Positions 25,841 to 39,720 of a DNA stretch of 64,000 nucleotides are shown here, one piece after another. The DNA lies in NCBI RefSeq assembly GCF_009914755.1, contig NC_060933.1, one strand, 5' to 3'. Positions within the stretch are counted from its first letter, which is position 1, and each line of letters starts with the position of its first letter. The notes beneath the pieces were generated by a model. It saw nothing but the letters and a program-made list of their open reading frames with translations, searched no databases and was not told where the DNA came from. Origin of the DNA: the human T2T-CHM13v2.0 reference genome, Homo sapiens. The position numbers and the translations under genes were made by a program.

Positions 25841-28029
25841 GCTTGGCTTTGCTGGGATGCTGCCCTCTTTGTGCAGCACACTTTGGTCCCAGAGGCTGTA
25901 CCACTCCTTCTTCTGTGTTCTCCAAGACCAGATTTCTCTCTCCAGTGTAATTTTTCTTAGTTTGTTTTATACTACAGACATCAAGTGTTCTCTGGGCCCC
26001 TGTCCACCTTCCCCATGTGACAGGAGCACCTGGAGGGCAAGGACCCTCAGCCCACAGCGGGGGTGCTATCAATGACTGTCTGCTCTCCTTGGCCTATTCC
26101 AGGCCTGCTGCAACTTTCCTGAAAACCTGAACGTGCTCAGTGTCAGGGGTCAAAGACAAGAGGGGAGCCGGGGTGAGAGAATAGGAAGTGGCTCCTAGAG
26201 TGGGCCCGCTGGTCGCCATGGAAACCCAGGCTTCCCACTTCTCTCCCCGCCCACAGCTCTGCGGGTGAGCACCACTGGGCTGGGTGTGTGAGCCCTGCTG
26301 TTTCTTAAGAATAGGAAAGTCATCAGGTGACTAATATGAAATCTATTTACACTTGATGATCTCCTTCCTGTCCGGTAGGTAAGTCATTCTGGCAAATGAC
26401 AGACCAGCCAGGGAACTCTGCACAGTCTACGACCAAGCCTGCTACCTGCCAGGCAGGAGGATTGACAACAGATTTCACAACATTTCAAAATAAGGCCCAG
26501 GAGCTCCAGGATGGAAGTCAGGAGACTTGCCCTGTGGCTTGCTGCTGTGTAAACTTGGCTAGTGCACAACCCTCTCTGGGCCTCGGGCAGGAAGCCTATA
26601 TGGGGCCAGAAGCACTGCTCCTCAAGGACAGTTCCATCCTGCCATGATCCAGCTGGGGGAGAGCTGTGACCACCAGGACAGGCTGAAGCCTGTGGTGTCT
26701 TGGTGGGGAGGGCAGGCCAGGGAGGAGCTTGAGGCCTGGAGAGGGTGAGAGGCAGCAGGACAGAAGGAAGTGAGGGGGCTCAGGGTACAGGCTTTGGGGA
26801 GCAGAGCTGTGCAGGGAGGCAAGTGTGTGGACATCCTGGGAGCAGAGTCCACGGCACTACAGAGCTGGGGCTGGGAATGGCCTGGACTCAGGACCCAGAC
26901 AGAAGGCCCTTTGCTTTCCCAGCTCAGGGGAACAGTGCTGCCTGGAACCAGGGGTCAGGGCTGACGGCAAATATGAGAGGAAGGCTGAAGTCTCAGGCAG
27001 GGTGGCCAGAGGCAGCTTCTCTGACACCCAAGCAAGACTCACAGGCTCCTTTTTCTGAGAAGCATTTGCCGGTCTCCGGGAGAGTTCATTCCAGAATGAG
27101 AGAACAGGAGCCCTAGGAAGGGCCTCTAGAGCTGGCTGTCCAGAATGGTGTCCTGTCTGTCCTGAGAGCAGAGACAGCAGCATGCATGCTTTTGGGAGGG
27201 GCTGAGGCTGATGCCACATGGAGGTGGCTGGGGGTGGGGCAGGACCCTCAGGACTGTTAGAACCAGGCCTGACAAGGGCAGCTGGAGAAGCCCAGTGTGA
27301 CCGCAGAGGCGGGTAACCAAAGGATTTATGAAGTCACTCCAGACCCATGACCTCTAAGAATCCTCTTGACACCCAGTGAAGGAGGCAGAATCTGATTTTA
27401 GAGATGAGGGAACTGAAGCCCAGAGAAGAGAAGCAACCTGCCCAAGGGCAGAGCCAGGGGCAGAGCCAAGGCTAGAACCTGTACTTCCTGCCTCCTTTCT
27501 CCTGAAACACAGAGGCCACAATTGGAACATCGTCTTTAACATGATAAACCCCATGATTCTCCCAGAGAGCATGTTGCCACTAGAAGAGGCCACACCAGAG
27601 GATGAGAAAATACAAAAAAAATCCCCTCTTGCCTTTAAAATCAGTGACTGGCTTCATCTGGACGGTGCCTACTAGCACACAGTTAAAAAGGGCAGAAGGC
27701 CAGTTGTAAGCAAGGAAAACAGCCACGTCAAAGCAGGGGGGCTCTGTGTGAAATGACTTTAATTTCCTCTTATTAGGCTATAAAGTTGATTTAATAATAA
27801 AAACATGCTAAGGACTTTTTAATGTGTAATTGCTTACATATTAAAAATTATGTGAAAATGCTTTCAATTAATGCTTAAAGATTCATCCTGTGAGATGACA
27901 CTTTGAACAGTTTTATAAAGGATGCCAGAGGAAGGGTTAGTAACATCTAAAAAGGCGGCCTAAGTAACTAAATTTTCGAATTATTCCTCAGACTCTGGGG
28001 AACACAGGACAGATGAGAGAGTGTTTTAG

Positions 28030-28220
28030 TTGTAAGCGAGGGCTCCAGAAGGTGCATCTTGGTTCTGTTTCTGCTGCTTATTTAATCTGAGGCTCAGTAT
28101 TCTCCTCTGTAAAATGGGGATGATGAACATCCCTATACCTCATAGGCGAGGATTAAGTGAGCTAATCTCTGGAAAGTACTTGGAGCAGTGCCTGGCACAC
28201 AGGGAAGCCCTTTGCAAAAG
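28030..28220 (+). mobile_element. MIR
   Basis: ctcagtattctcctctgtaaaatgggg...aggattaagtgag...cagtgcctggcacacag. Confidence 0.75.
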
Positions 28221-31200
28221 CTAATGACTGTCATCCATGCCACCATAACTCCTTGGTTACCTCTGAGAATTCCTAGGGCTGAAGGCCAGTGAAGAGACGA
28301 TCTCAGGCACAAAAACACGCTGTGCCTTTAGGTTAACTTGGGCTTCCAGATCCCAGTCAGTCTCTACATGCTCTTGCCCCATGAGATTTTCCTATCATTA
28401 TCCCATCAAAAGCCTCATCTCCAGCCACTCCTCTCTAGCAACAAGGGCCCACCTCTATGCTTTTCTCAAGCTTTTCCCTCGGCCTGGGATGCCTGACTCA
28501 GTTCTCATCACCGCCACCTCCCACAACCCACTCTACTTGGATCACCCAAATTGGAAGCCCTTGTTCCCTCCTCTGAACTCCTGGAGAGCCACATGCTCAT
28601 CTCAGTGCACCCACCACTGACCACTCCAGGTCCATGCCTATCTGCTCTGTGGATGTTCCTGGAGGGCAGTGGCGGTATCTGCCCAGGTTATTTGGTGTAG
28701 TCTCCAACACAGCCCGGCCTGGAGCCCCTGCAATGACCGAGCGCACTGCAGAGGGCCCAGGGACCACCTGCTCCAGCACTGGCAAGGGTGCAACCTACTT
28801 CCAGGTGGGTAGGTGATCCTACAGGGAATAACTAGAGAATTCAACAGCACAGCATTCCACAGGAAGGACAAACAGGCCCTCTGTCCTCTAATAACAACAA
28901 TCTTATGCACATGTGCAAAGTTTGTTTTCCACATGGGCATCAGGATCACAGGCCCTATTTTACCATGACACCACGGCTCTCAGTGGGCTAGGCACCCTGA
29001 CCTATCCAGGCACCCAAGTCAGCCTGATCAGTGTCCAGCGCCCTTCCTGCTGCATCAGCAGGATTTCATGCATCCGGGGACCTTAAGCCTGGGATCAAGA
29101 CCTGGGGAAGAGGGAAAGAAGGGGCTGTGAAGCTAGCTGCCTGATCACTGCCTCAACAGGAGGCTTGGCCTGGGGATTCCAAATACAGAGATGATGGGGC
29201 ATGAAGGGAACCCAGAAACGCTCTGGTACTTTCTCTTTAAATTGTACACAAGGAAACTGAGGCCCAGATGGGCAGCAGGGCATAGAAAAGGCCAAGACCA
29301 GAATTTGATCTTGAGAGACGAGTCAAGGAAGATGAAAAGGGGAAATAGGACTGAACAATTAGCCAGGCCAGCACTGAGAAAGGAAGCTGCCAGCCCTACC
29401 CAGATCCCTCCTATTCAGTTGGTCTCAGGTGCTGTCTTTGTGGGGCTGGTCCTGGGTGACTAGTGAGTCACTCTGCTTAAAACGCAGATCACAGTGAAAC
29501 ATGGCATCCTGGGAGCTCAGGGTTAATGCAGACCTCAGAAGTCGCTTGAGCCAGCCACCCATCTGAGACTCAACTCCCTTTCATGTCACTGCCCAATGCT
29601 GGCTGTCTTGCCTCTGCTCTGATACCTCTGGGGATAGGCAGTTCACTGGTTTACAAGACAGCTTCACATTTAATCAGTGGGTTTTAAAAAAAATCTCAAA
29701 AGGATTATAACTTCTTTGAGCCTCAGTTTCCCTATCTATAAAAAAGAAAGCTTGGACCAGGTCACTAGTTCTCCAACTAGGTTCCATAGAGCTGTAGGGT
29801 TTAAGGAGACACCCCCAGAGATGCTGCTGGGGTGAGAGAGGCGATGGGGATGGCAAGTGAGGCCCAGACAATTGGGCTCGGAGGTTTGTGAAGGGCTGAG
29901 CATCCATCTTGGAAGCAGAACATACCTCCTGCCGGTGACACAAACTGGAGCCTGTGGAGAGGATAAGCTGAGGCATTTAGAGGGCAGGGGTGAGAGGAGC
30001 CCCTGGGAGAAACAGGCACACTTCCTCACGCCTTCCATCCTAGCTGTAGTCCACAGGGCTGGGCCAATCTCCCCACCACCTGCTGCATGGAGCCAAGGGA
30101 CACAGAGGACAAAGCCTCGTCAGTGAATCACTGCCCAAGACGGCTATGCTGGGGAATCTGAAAACCAAACTACAGTGCACCAAGGCTGGAGAGGCCCTGG
30201 AAAGAATGCTCCACATGATGGTTCAAACAGGCTAGGAAGTCAGCCCCACAACTGACTTACCAGCTGGGACGTCTTGGGCTAGTTTTTTAACCTCTCTGTG
30301 CCTTGGTTTCTCCATTAGTCAAGTGGGCAGCCTATACTCCAAAGGGTAATGGTGAGGACCCAGTTAAGAACTGACATCAAGTGCTGTAAGCAAGTACTAG
30401 AGAGCTTACCAGCTGCCTCCCCGTTGTTGTTATCACCGGCCCCTCATTCCATATGTAAGTAAATATGGGGGCATACAACGTGCTGCCCATCGTCGCACAG
30501 CCAGTTAGCAGCCCAAAGCGGCTAGAAGCACTAATGACTGCCTGCTCTGAGGCTACTGCTTTGCAGGGGAAAACCGAGGTCCCTGGGTCATTCAGGTGGC
30601 AAGTGACCATCCCATATCTGCTTGACTCCAGCCCACGCTCCTCCTGTACAGGTACGCCACCTGCGGCACACGGAGGGCACAGCCTTCTTGTCAGCGTTAT
30701 GCTTACTTATTCAAGATGATGCCCTGTAACTACAAGTTACACGCTCACATACACATAAAATGTAATATCATCCAAAAAGGATCATTCTAAAAGGTTAAAC
30801 TTTTTCCATGTCACTCCCACTCCACTGCCATCACCAGCACCACTCTCTCTTCCCCCACCATCTCCCCTTCGAAAAGCTTCACGTCAGCTCTGCAAGCCTC
30901 CTGGAGCATCTACGCACTGATGGCTCATCCTACCCATATGCAGCCCTGCCATCAATCACTGGGGTGACGCCACAAAGAATTACACACAAATAATTTTGAG
31001 TCAAAGGGAGCTTCAGCAAGGATCGTTACAAACAGAAAACACCCCTTTTAATAACCTATATTCTTAAAAATAAGAATTGTGGGTAAACTAGGGCACAGCT
31101 GCCAAGCTAGGATGCAAACACAGAGCAGCATATGCTAGAATGCTTCTTTGGAGAGAGAATGCATGAGGTCTTTAAGAGGTTCTAAATCAAACTGCCTCAA

Positions 31201-31260
31201 TCAAATTGCCCTGCCTTGGACCTAACCCCATGGGGTGTACCCTCATTTAAAAGGCAAAGT

Positions 31261-31538
31261 CGGTGCAGTGGCTCATGCCTGCAATCCTAGCACTTTAGGA
31301 GGCCATGGTGGGAGGATTGCTTCAGTCCAGACCAGCCTAGATGACACAGTGAGACCCCGTCTCTACTAAAACTACAAGAAAATTAGCCTGGCACGGTGGC
31401 ACGTGCCTATGGTCTCAACTACTCAGGAGGCTGAGGCAGGAGGACTGCTTGAGCCTGGGAGGCGAAGGTTGCAGTGAGCCAAGATTATGCCACTGTACTC
31501 CAGCCTGGGCAACAGAGGAAGACCCTGTCTCAAAAAAA
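31261..31538 (+). mobile_element. AluJ (slightly 5'-clipped, small left-arm deletion)
   Basis: ggaggactgcttgagcctgggagg J diagnostics; degenerate TSD aaaaggcaaagt / aaaagccgaagt. Confidence 0.92.
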
Positions 31539-33938
31539 GCCGAAGTTCCTCAGGTAATTTCTAGCCAGGTGAACAACTACTCACCTTTGAGGTCTTCAGC
31601 AGCACCCAGTAGGGAACTCCGGCTCCATTCCTAAGGCACCAGGCAGGGGCAAACCCTCCATGAGACTGGGGCTCCCAGCAGATGCCCTCTCCCATCCCCC
31701 TTCCATTCCCGAGTGTGGACTCCTGTAACAACATCCTGCCTGTGGCTCCATGGGACCTCAGCCCCTGTCCCATGTTCTGCACTCAGGGCAAGCCACTTAC
31801 TTCTATTGGTGCGACTCCAGGAAAGGAGCCGAACCTCTCAGTTTCCCTCAGCCTCATGATGAAGAAACATAATGAGGCTTAATGAGGGTATATGTCAAAG
31901 TGCCCAGCATGGAGTCTGGTCCCTGGCAGGGGCTCCTGCCATTTCCTCATGTCTAGGTGCCCCAGCATCTGATGCAAACACTACACTTCCTTCAGTACCC
32001 CACCCCAAAGTTTGCAAAGCGCAGGCCATACTTTGTACTCTGCCATCAATTCACTGTGCGTCCTCAAGCAAGTCTCTGTCCCCCCCGCCCCAACCTCAGT
32101 TTCCCAATCTGTAAAATGAGGCTGTTAGGTTTAGATGACCTCAATGATCCCTCCCCACCCTGACATTCTGAACATGACCCAAAGTCGCTCCTGTAACCAC
32201 TGCTCCTTTAAACCGGAGCCAACGCCTGCTGAATGCAAGACTGACAGAGCTGTAGGGAGGTGCAGGCCGCAGGCCACAGCCCAAGGGCTGGAGCTGGTCC
32301 TGGGGCTTCCACAGAGCTGGTGTCTCACCAAGCCTGATGGAGGTGAGGGCATGCACTGGCTGTGGTTGTCGCAGGGCCCAGGCATGCATCACATCTGTGG
32401 TGAGGACTCCCCCAGCCAGCCTGCTTCCCTGAGCCACTGGAGGACAGCAGGCTGCCTTCCCTCAGGACCCCAGATCCAAACACAAGCTCAACTCTTGGCC
32501 TCTTGTTGCCCACTGAGGCTGCTTTGCCAGAGGAGATTAGAAAGATGGGAGTGGGCATGAGAGGGATGCTCCAGAAGTCTGGACCTAAGTCCCTCTGGTC
32601 CACTGCTCTCTGCCCTGGCCCTCACGAAGTGGCTAAGTGTTCTGGAGGCCACACTGGTGGTCAGAGAATCTCCTTCCATGAACAGGAGGAGCAGGAGGCA
32701 GAGAACAGCAAAGGCAGAGCCTAGAAGGTGCACCCAGATCCTTCAACAATCAACCTGCACGGCTACACAGCCCTATAAGCTGACGCTGGACATGGACCCG
32801 GCACACGCTCAGTGCTCAGTAAATGCCGCTTCCTCTCCCTTCTTTCTCCTAATTCAAGAAGGAATCAGGAGAAGGTGCTCAAAGACAGGAATGCAAAAAA
32901 CCAAACAAAAACCAGACAAACAATAAGAGGGCCACAGAAAGAGGTATCTGTATCCCAAGTGTCCAGATACACAGGGTACCAATTTGATAGGCCTCCAAAG
33001 CCCAGGCAGCCCCAAACTTGCTCCCAGCCACTCTCCTGCACCCTGCAGCACAATGTGCTGATGTGCCCCTGCCCATGGCACTGCCTGTGTGGGGTCACAG
33101 GGGCAGCCTACACAGCTGCTCTTCAGTGTCTGGCCTGCCCTCTTGAACCAGGAGAAGCCACAACAGGGGTTTCCCTTTTGCTTGTGACCTCCCCCTAATC
33201 CTGCCTACAAGATGACTGATGTCTGCTAACCCTTCACTTCTTAAAGATGCTCCAAGTCTTGTATTATCCTGGCTAAAATAGGCCCCCAGGATGCTGCATA
33301 CCCAGCCACATTCTTCTTGACTCCACACAATTGCTTTGACAAGGTTTTGTCATCAAGGGCCAACAGGAAAACAGCCACTGGGGGAATGTCTCCATGCTTC
33401 CTGTAAACCTGTCATGTAGACCAGGGTTATTTATGCTGCTTCCAGCTCCAAAACAAAGATTTCTCGGGATGCGGCCAGAAATAATTTTGTCTCTACTAGT
33501 AATCTGGCCAGCTCTCTTCTACTAAGCAACGAAAGCCAGGTGACCCAGCCTGCTTCCCTTTTTGCCCTGCCTACTACGAAGCTCTAAGTAAAGTTTTATG
33601 TCTCAAATGCTATCTTTCTTCACTCAGAAATTTCTGATAGAACTACTTTTTCTCCCTCCTCTCCCCACTTACTTCTTGGCCCCTACCTTTGGTTAACTGC
33701 ACGTGATATCCTTGTATTTGGACTCTCATGGTGCCCGGCCAGTTTTTTTCCTAATATAGGTGAAACATAAGCAGGTAAACTGTGGGGAAGACTTAATACA
33801 GCATTGCTCCCACCTACCAACTTGAAAGCACACACCATGCCCCCAGTGAGGCTGGTTGGGGACCACCCGGCAGTGCCCTCACTCCCTTTCTACCCCTACA
33901 ACCCCAGCTGTGAGCCCCTGCGCTTCAGCTCCACTTAC

Positions 33939-34059
33939 CTGTCATGATCCTCTGTGCCTCATAGGGCTCCATGTAGCCAGCACTCTCCCCCTTTCCTGCT
34001 TTGCTCTTGAGATCATTCTTGGCATCAAAGGGATCTGAGTAGTCATCGGCTATGGTCAC
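33939..34059 (-). CDS. SHB: SHB internal coding exon (exon 2), 121 nt, phase 0 to phase 1
   Basis: Minus strand reads ...cttcctccctgcag|GTGACCATA...ATGACAG|gtaagtg, with a canonical acceptor and donor. It encodes VTIADDYSDPFDAKNDLKSKAGKGESAGYMEPYEAQRIMT plus 1 nt, which I recognise as human SHB (YSDP and YMEP YxxP tyrosine motifs). Exon number is from recall. Confidence 0.96.
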
Positions 34060-37000
34060 CTGCAGGGAGGAAGATGGCAGGTGTGAGTCCACCTTTGGCT
34101 TTTTTGTTTCACATCTCTTCACAGCTAGGCTTTGGGCCTCAGCTAGATGAGCAAGGAGAGGCAGGGGAGGCAGGAACTAAAGCCGGCGCCCGGACTCAGG
34201 GAGCTCCACATCTCACAGGGGTAACGAATGGGACCCATACTGGCAGGGCTCCACTGCGATGAAGAGCCCTCTGAGCTCGTGCATGCCTGGCTGGCTCCAG
34301 GCACAGTGAGGTGAGAACAGAAGGGCATCTGGTGAAGGTAACAATGCACACTAAGCATGGAGGCGAGAACCTGGAGGGCATCCTCAGGGAATGTGAGTTG
34401 CTCGGTTTAATGGAATGGAAGTGGAGGAAAAGTTGGAAACGAGATCACAGAAAGCCTAGAAATGCTGACATGCTCCTGGTGCTGGCTGAGGCACAGAAGA
34501 GTTTGTCTAGAGATAATTAGCTCGGCGTTCCATTTCCCCAGACCTGGAACATAACCACGCCTTGGGTCATCAGACAACAATTTGGTGAGATCAACTACAT
34601 ACAAAGATCACTGTGGCCCCAGACAGACCAAATAAAAACACAAAAGCAGCTCAAGGATCGACAGACAGCCAGGGCCAGTAAGGACCTGAAAGCAACAAAC
34701 CCAAAGACCCCTCGACAACACATGGGTAAACTGAGGTCCAGTGTGAGCAGAGGCTTGGCCAGATCTTCTGCCTCCCAGGGCCCTGCCTGAGCTCCCCACT
34801 TGTCTGTAGTCCAGAACACAGCCCCTGCCTCTTCTCCCCAGAGAAAAATTCTCCAACTCACAGACAAAGAGTGAGTCACCTGGGGGTGGGGGGCACTCCC
34901 ATGAGAACCTGAGTATCTGGGATTCTAACACTTCAGAGACCACCGTTCCACGTTTTCCCTGGAGAAGAGTAAAAATTCTCGATTGCAGGCTCCAATTAAA
35001 CATGGCAAGTGTTCCTCCCTCTTTTTACTTCCTAACCTTTAGGAGAGGCACAGAACCCACCGAATCCACGCCCCTCCTGCTTAGCCCCGCTTCATCATAA
35101 ACTTGTCCTGGGACTTCCCTCTTGCCCTTTTTGGTCACATTTCTGGCAAAGACCAAGCCCTCAGCTCCTCAGCCAGTGCCACCCGGCTGCTTCTCTTGGG
35201 AGGGGGCAGGTTAGCGTTCCTCTCAACCCTTGGGGTTACATGAATTGTTATTTAAATTGTGGGTTTAATTAGAAACCACAGGAGCCTGTTCTCTCAGCTC
35301 CTGGAATGTAAGGCATTTGAGGGGCCTGCAAACTCAGGGGAAGGGAAAATCCCCCTTTGTCTGCCTGGTAAATGGCAGCTTGTGGCAGCCGTCCTGGCAG
35401 GGTGAGCAAGTGACCGCCAGCTGCCAGGAATGTGATGCCCGGAAAGGGACAGCAGGCGGCAGCTCTGTCCCTGGCAAGTGGCTGGAGGCCAACGGGAGGT
35501 TTAGCACACAGCGGTCACTGCTCCCCAAACAAGAGAAGCTCATCAGTGAAGACCGAAGCCCAGAGTGCCCAGCACTGGAGCATCTATGGCTCCCGCTGCC
35601 GCTACTCCACCACTTTCTCCGTGGCTGTGGCTCAGGCTCTGAGTCCCAGTGGGGACCCAGTAGGGGTGGCTTCCAGATGCTGACATTGTAATGGCAGCCT
35701 TTCTTGAGACTCACTGAGCTCAAATGACACCAGGCCAGGGAAAGAAGGGGTGGGAGAGAGCTAGGCCTTGCAATGTCTTTCATTTGCTATTTCTACTCTA
35801 CCATTTGCAGAATACATTAGGGAGAAAATTATACACATAAACTGCTGTCAAACGGAACAGTTCAGATGCTGGTCAGGTGCAGGGTTTTGTGTCTCAGAGT
35901 TCAAGGGGCCAGACATCCAAATGGAGAAAATGAGTTGCTGCTGTGGATGACATCTAATCTTATTTCTCTTGTCCCAGATTTCCTCACTGTCTCTCTTCAA
36001 CATGAACATGCTCCATCTATTTTGCAATAAGGAAGGGAAAAAATGTCTCCCCTGGAAAACAAAATCATTTGGGGGGATTTGCTGGCGGGGTGGGAGAGGC
36101 AGTTGGGTTGCAGTCTCCATAGTAATCTAGAAATCGCCATTCCAGCTCTCAGAAGTGCTCTGTAATTTGCAAACACAGAGGTTTGCAGGATATAAACCAA
36201 ATCTTTGTTTGCCCTGGGACAGGAGTTCTGGAAGGACTGTGATTCAGCAAGTGCTACCTATATTTTCTAATTAAAATGAGATCTGAGCTCAGGCTGTCAT
36301 GGAGCTGCGGCTGCCTGCTCCACTTACTTCCGTTTCAGTAAGAATGTACAAATCCTAAAACCAGGAAAAGCCCCTGGTCTCTGCTGACATATGGTTCCAG
36401 TTATACCTGCTGACAGTTGAAAATCCTTCCATTGAAAAAAAAAAAAAAGTCTAGAATTCTGTTAGTTTAAGAAGCAAATTGGAAAGTTCCTAAAATGTAT
36501 ATTTAATCAATTTGCTTTTGAACTTCAAAGTGAGGTTGGTGGAGGGAAAGAAATTTGAGGTTTGAGCAACCTGAAACTTTGCAAACACTACACTGAACTG
36601 TCTGATCTTTTGCAAAATGATGTCCTAGTTTTGGGAATAAAAATTCAACCAGGTGTTAGGAGAGTTGAGCAGGCAGTCAACCAGAGTGCCCTGTGAAGTA
36701 CCATGGGCCCCAGCCATCAGGACTGGGCAGTGTGACCACTGTCCAAGCTGCCTGGGGCTCACCGCCAGTCCAGATGGCCATGCAGAAGGTTTGTGTGAAG
36801 CGTGCTGCTTTTTTGAGCTAAAAGAAAGAGAATGAGTTTTCTCCAGATGTGAGATTGGATTTCTGACGGGATTGCTTTTGCTTTGCTTTAAAACTTCCCA
36901 GTTAGTGGACAACTCCTGTATATCTAATTGAACAATTCAACCAAAAGGGAGCCAGCCGGGACTCCTCTGCAGGCCAGGCCACCTGGGTCCACAAGAAGCT

Positions 37001-37559
37001 TTCCTTTTAGTCTCAGATTGGCAGAGACCTGGCAGCCACAGAGGCAGAGCTGAGCAGTAGCAGAAAAAAAGGCTGTAGAGTGCGGCTGCTTAGTCAGTGA
37101 GCCACGTCATCTTTTGTTTGCTCGGCCTCTTGGGATGAGTGCTAAACCCCAGGCAAGCACCTTTCTTGCTTTCAGACAAAACTACAGACCCCAGGTCAGC
37201 CCAAAGCCCCTACAGGGCTTCCACAGGTTTGTCCTCCTGGAGACCTGCTCTGACCTCCCCTTGTTTTCCACAGGGCCCACTGCAGGGCGTTGTCAGTCAC
37301 CTAGCAAACCAGCAGTGGCCTGGGGATGGCCTCTCCATGCCTCCTCTCTGGAACGCACACTGCTGGGGCCCCTGTGTTTTTATCTTAGAAACTTCACTTT
37401 GTGATAGGAAGTAGTCTGCAGCTGTTCATCCCAAAGGAAAGGACTAGAGGAAGGTGGGTGTTGCCCCTTGGCCACACTTCCCTATGGACTGGTCAGAGTT
37501 TTAGTTGCTTTTGTGGGACAGCTGCACTTGTGAGCAGAATTGGGTCCTCTCCACATGCT

Positions 37560-38130
37560 TTCAGTGGAAATGCACTTGGGTGGAGACACTTACAAGGGTA
37601 ACTTTGGGCAGAATCCATTAAAATCCCCAAATGCGCCAAGTTTGACCCAGCAATTTTACTTCTCAGTATTTATTCCCAAATGTGCATAAGGGTCCATGGG
37701 AAGGATGCTGCCTGAAGTAATCATGAGAAACCACCCGAAACTACTGCATCCATCAATAGAGGAATCGCTAAATAAACTGTGCTAGTTCCATACGATGTAA
37801 CATTATGCAGCAGGCTGAAAAAAAAAATTTAAAAAAAGCAGTTGCTCTGTGTGAGCTGGCACAGCACTCCATGACATAGCTCTGAATGGAAAGCAAGCAA
37901 GCTGTAGAATGATAACTACAACATCATACCTACTTAATGAAAAACAAAACAGAAACCTGTATCTCTATTAAGTTAAAGAAAGGGTCTGGGAGATGCACAC
38001 TCCAAACTGACCCCTCTTTGGGAAGGAGGGAAGGACTTGGAATGGGGTGCTTAGGGGAAGTCAAAAGAGACCTTCTCTGCAATGTTAAAACATTTTCAAA
38101 CAAGGAGAACCTATTCATGTACTATGTGCA
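37560..38130 (+). mobile_element. old L1 (L1ME-type) 3' region
   Basis: tttgacccagcaattttacttctcagtatttat...tccatcaatagaggaatcgctaaataaactgtg...ttatgcagca. Confidence 0.75.
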
Positions 38131-38184
38131 AAACTAAACTTGCTTAAAAGCACTCCTCTTCCACAGGCTATTTTTGGTACAGTA

Positions 38185-38320
38185 GACAGAATGTTTCCCA
38201 AACTTGCCTGAAGACAGGAATGGCTTGGAACGCTTGTTAAGGAAACAGATTCCTAGCCCCAATAATCTGTATTTTAACAAGCAAGCCAGGTGATCCTTAT
38301 CAGGAAAGCTTGGGAAACAA
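38185..38320. mobile_element. MER5-type hAT-Charlie MITE
   Basis: Inverted termini tgtttcccaaactt / aagcttgggaaaca; internal cagattcct...atctgtattttaacaagc. Confidence 0.65.
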
Positions 38321-38606
38321 TAAGCTAGAGCCAGCACCCTTCCCCACCAGTCTAGAGACAAGCCTCCAGATATTACTCTGGAATTGTACTTTTCCCAGGT
38401 ATTGCTCAGCCCTGTTCGTTGAAGTGAAGCAAGAAGTTTGTGCTAACATGCAGCTCTTTTGTTTTCTTCCCTGGTGGTCAACTGGAGAAAAAGAGGACCC
38501 GACGTGCCATCTCCAGGATCTAAGACATGGAGGAAATGGTAACCCCTCTGCAATCATGTGGGCTGGCTCCAGATTGAGCAATTCGGCCTGTGCAGGGGGA
38601 GAGGGC

Positions 38607-38710
38607 TACCAAAATCTCACAAATCACCACTAAAGAACTTAGTCATGTAACCAAACACCACCTGTTCTCCAATAACCTATGAAAATAAAAATTTAAATAA
38701 ATTTAAAAAA
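38607..38710 (+). mobile_element. L1PB-type 3' terminus
   Basis: aaaatctcacaaatcaccactaaagaactta-tcatgtaaccaaacaccacctgtt...aataaaa followed by an A tail. Confidence 0.8.
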
Positions 38711-38983
38711 AGACTTCTGCCCTGTCACCACCCTGAAAGTGACGGGGTGGGGGGGTGGCCCAACAGGGATCCTAGCCCCGAGGATCTTGCAAGGCAAGGC
38801 TTTCTGTTTGAAACCCACAGCAGCTTTCAGGCCAAGGCCAATTTACTCTCAGCAAACTCGTTCTAGGAAGATCACCCGGCTACAGGAAGGGCTGGTGGCA
38901 CTTCAGAAGAGGAGCCACTGCAGAAATGCAAAGGGAATCTCTGCTGAAATTGCTCAAACCTGCTAAAAAGAATGATGAGGCAT

Positions 38984-39608
<625 letters not shown>

Positions 39609-39720
39609 AAAAAGAATGATGAGAGAGGCAGACTGGCTGCTGTCTTCCAGGATCGAGTGGCCCACACTGTCCCTATTGCCCCATGGTCACCTTCATGTGC
39701 CCTGCTGTCTGTGGGACAGC

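Noticed and set aside
33925-34122. 65-aa ORF as a standalone gene
   Set aside because: Only 33939-34059 is exon; the flanking residues are intron read-through past the splice sites.
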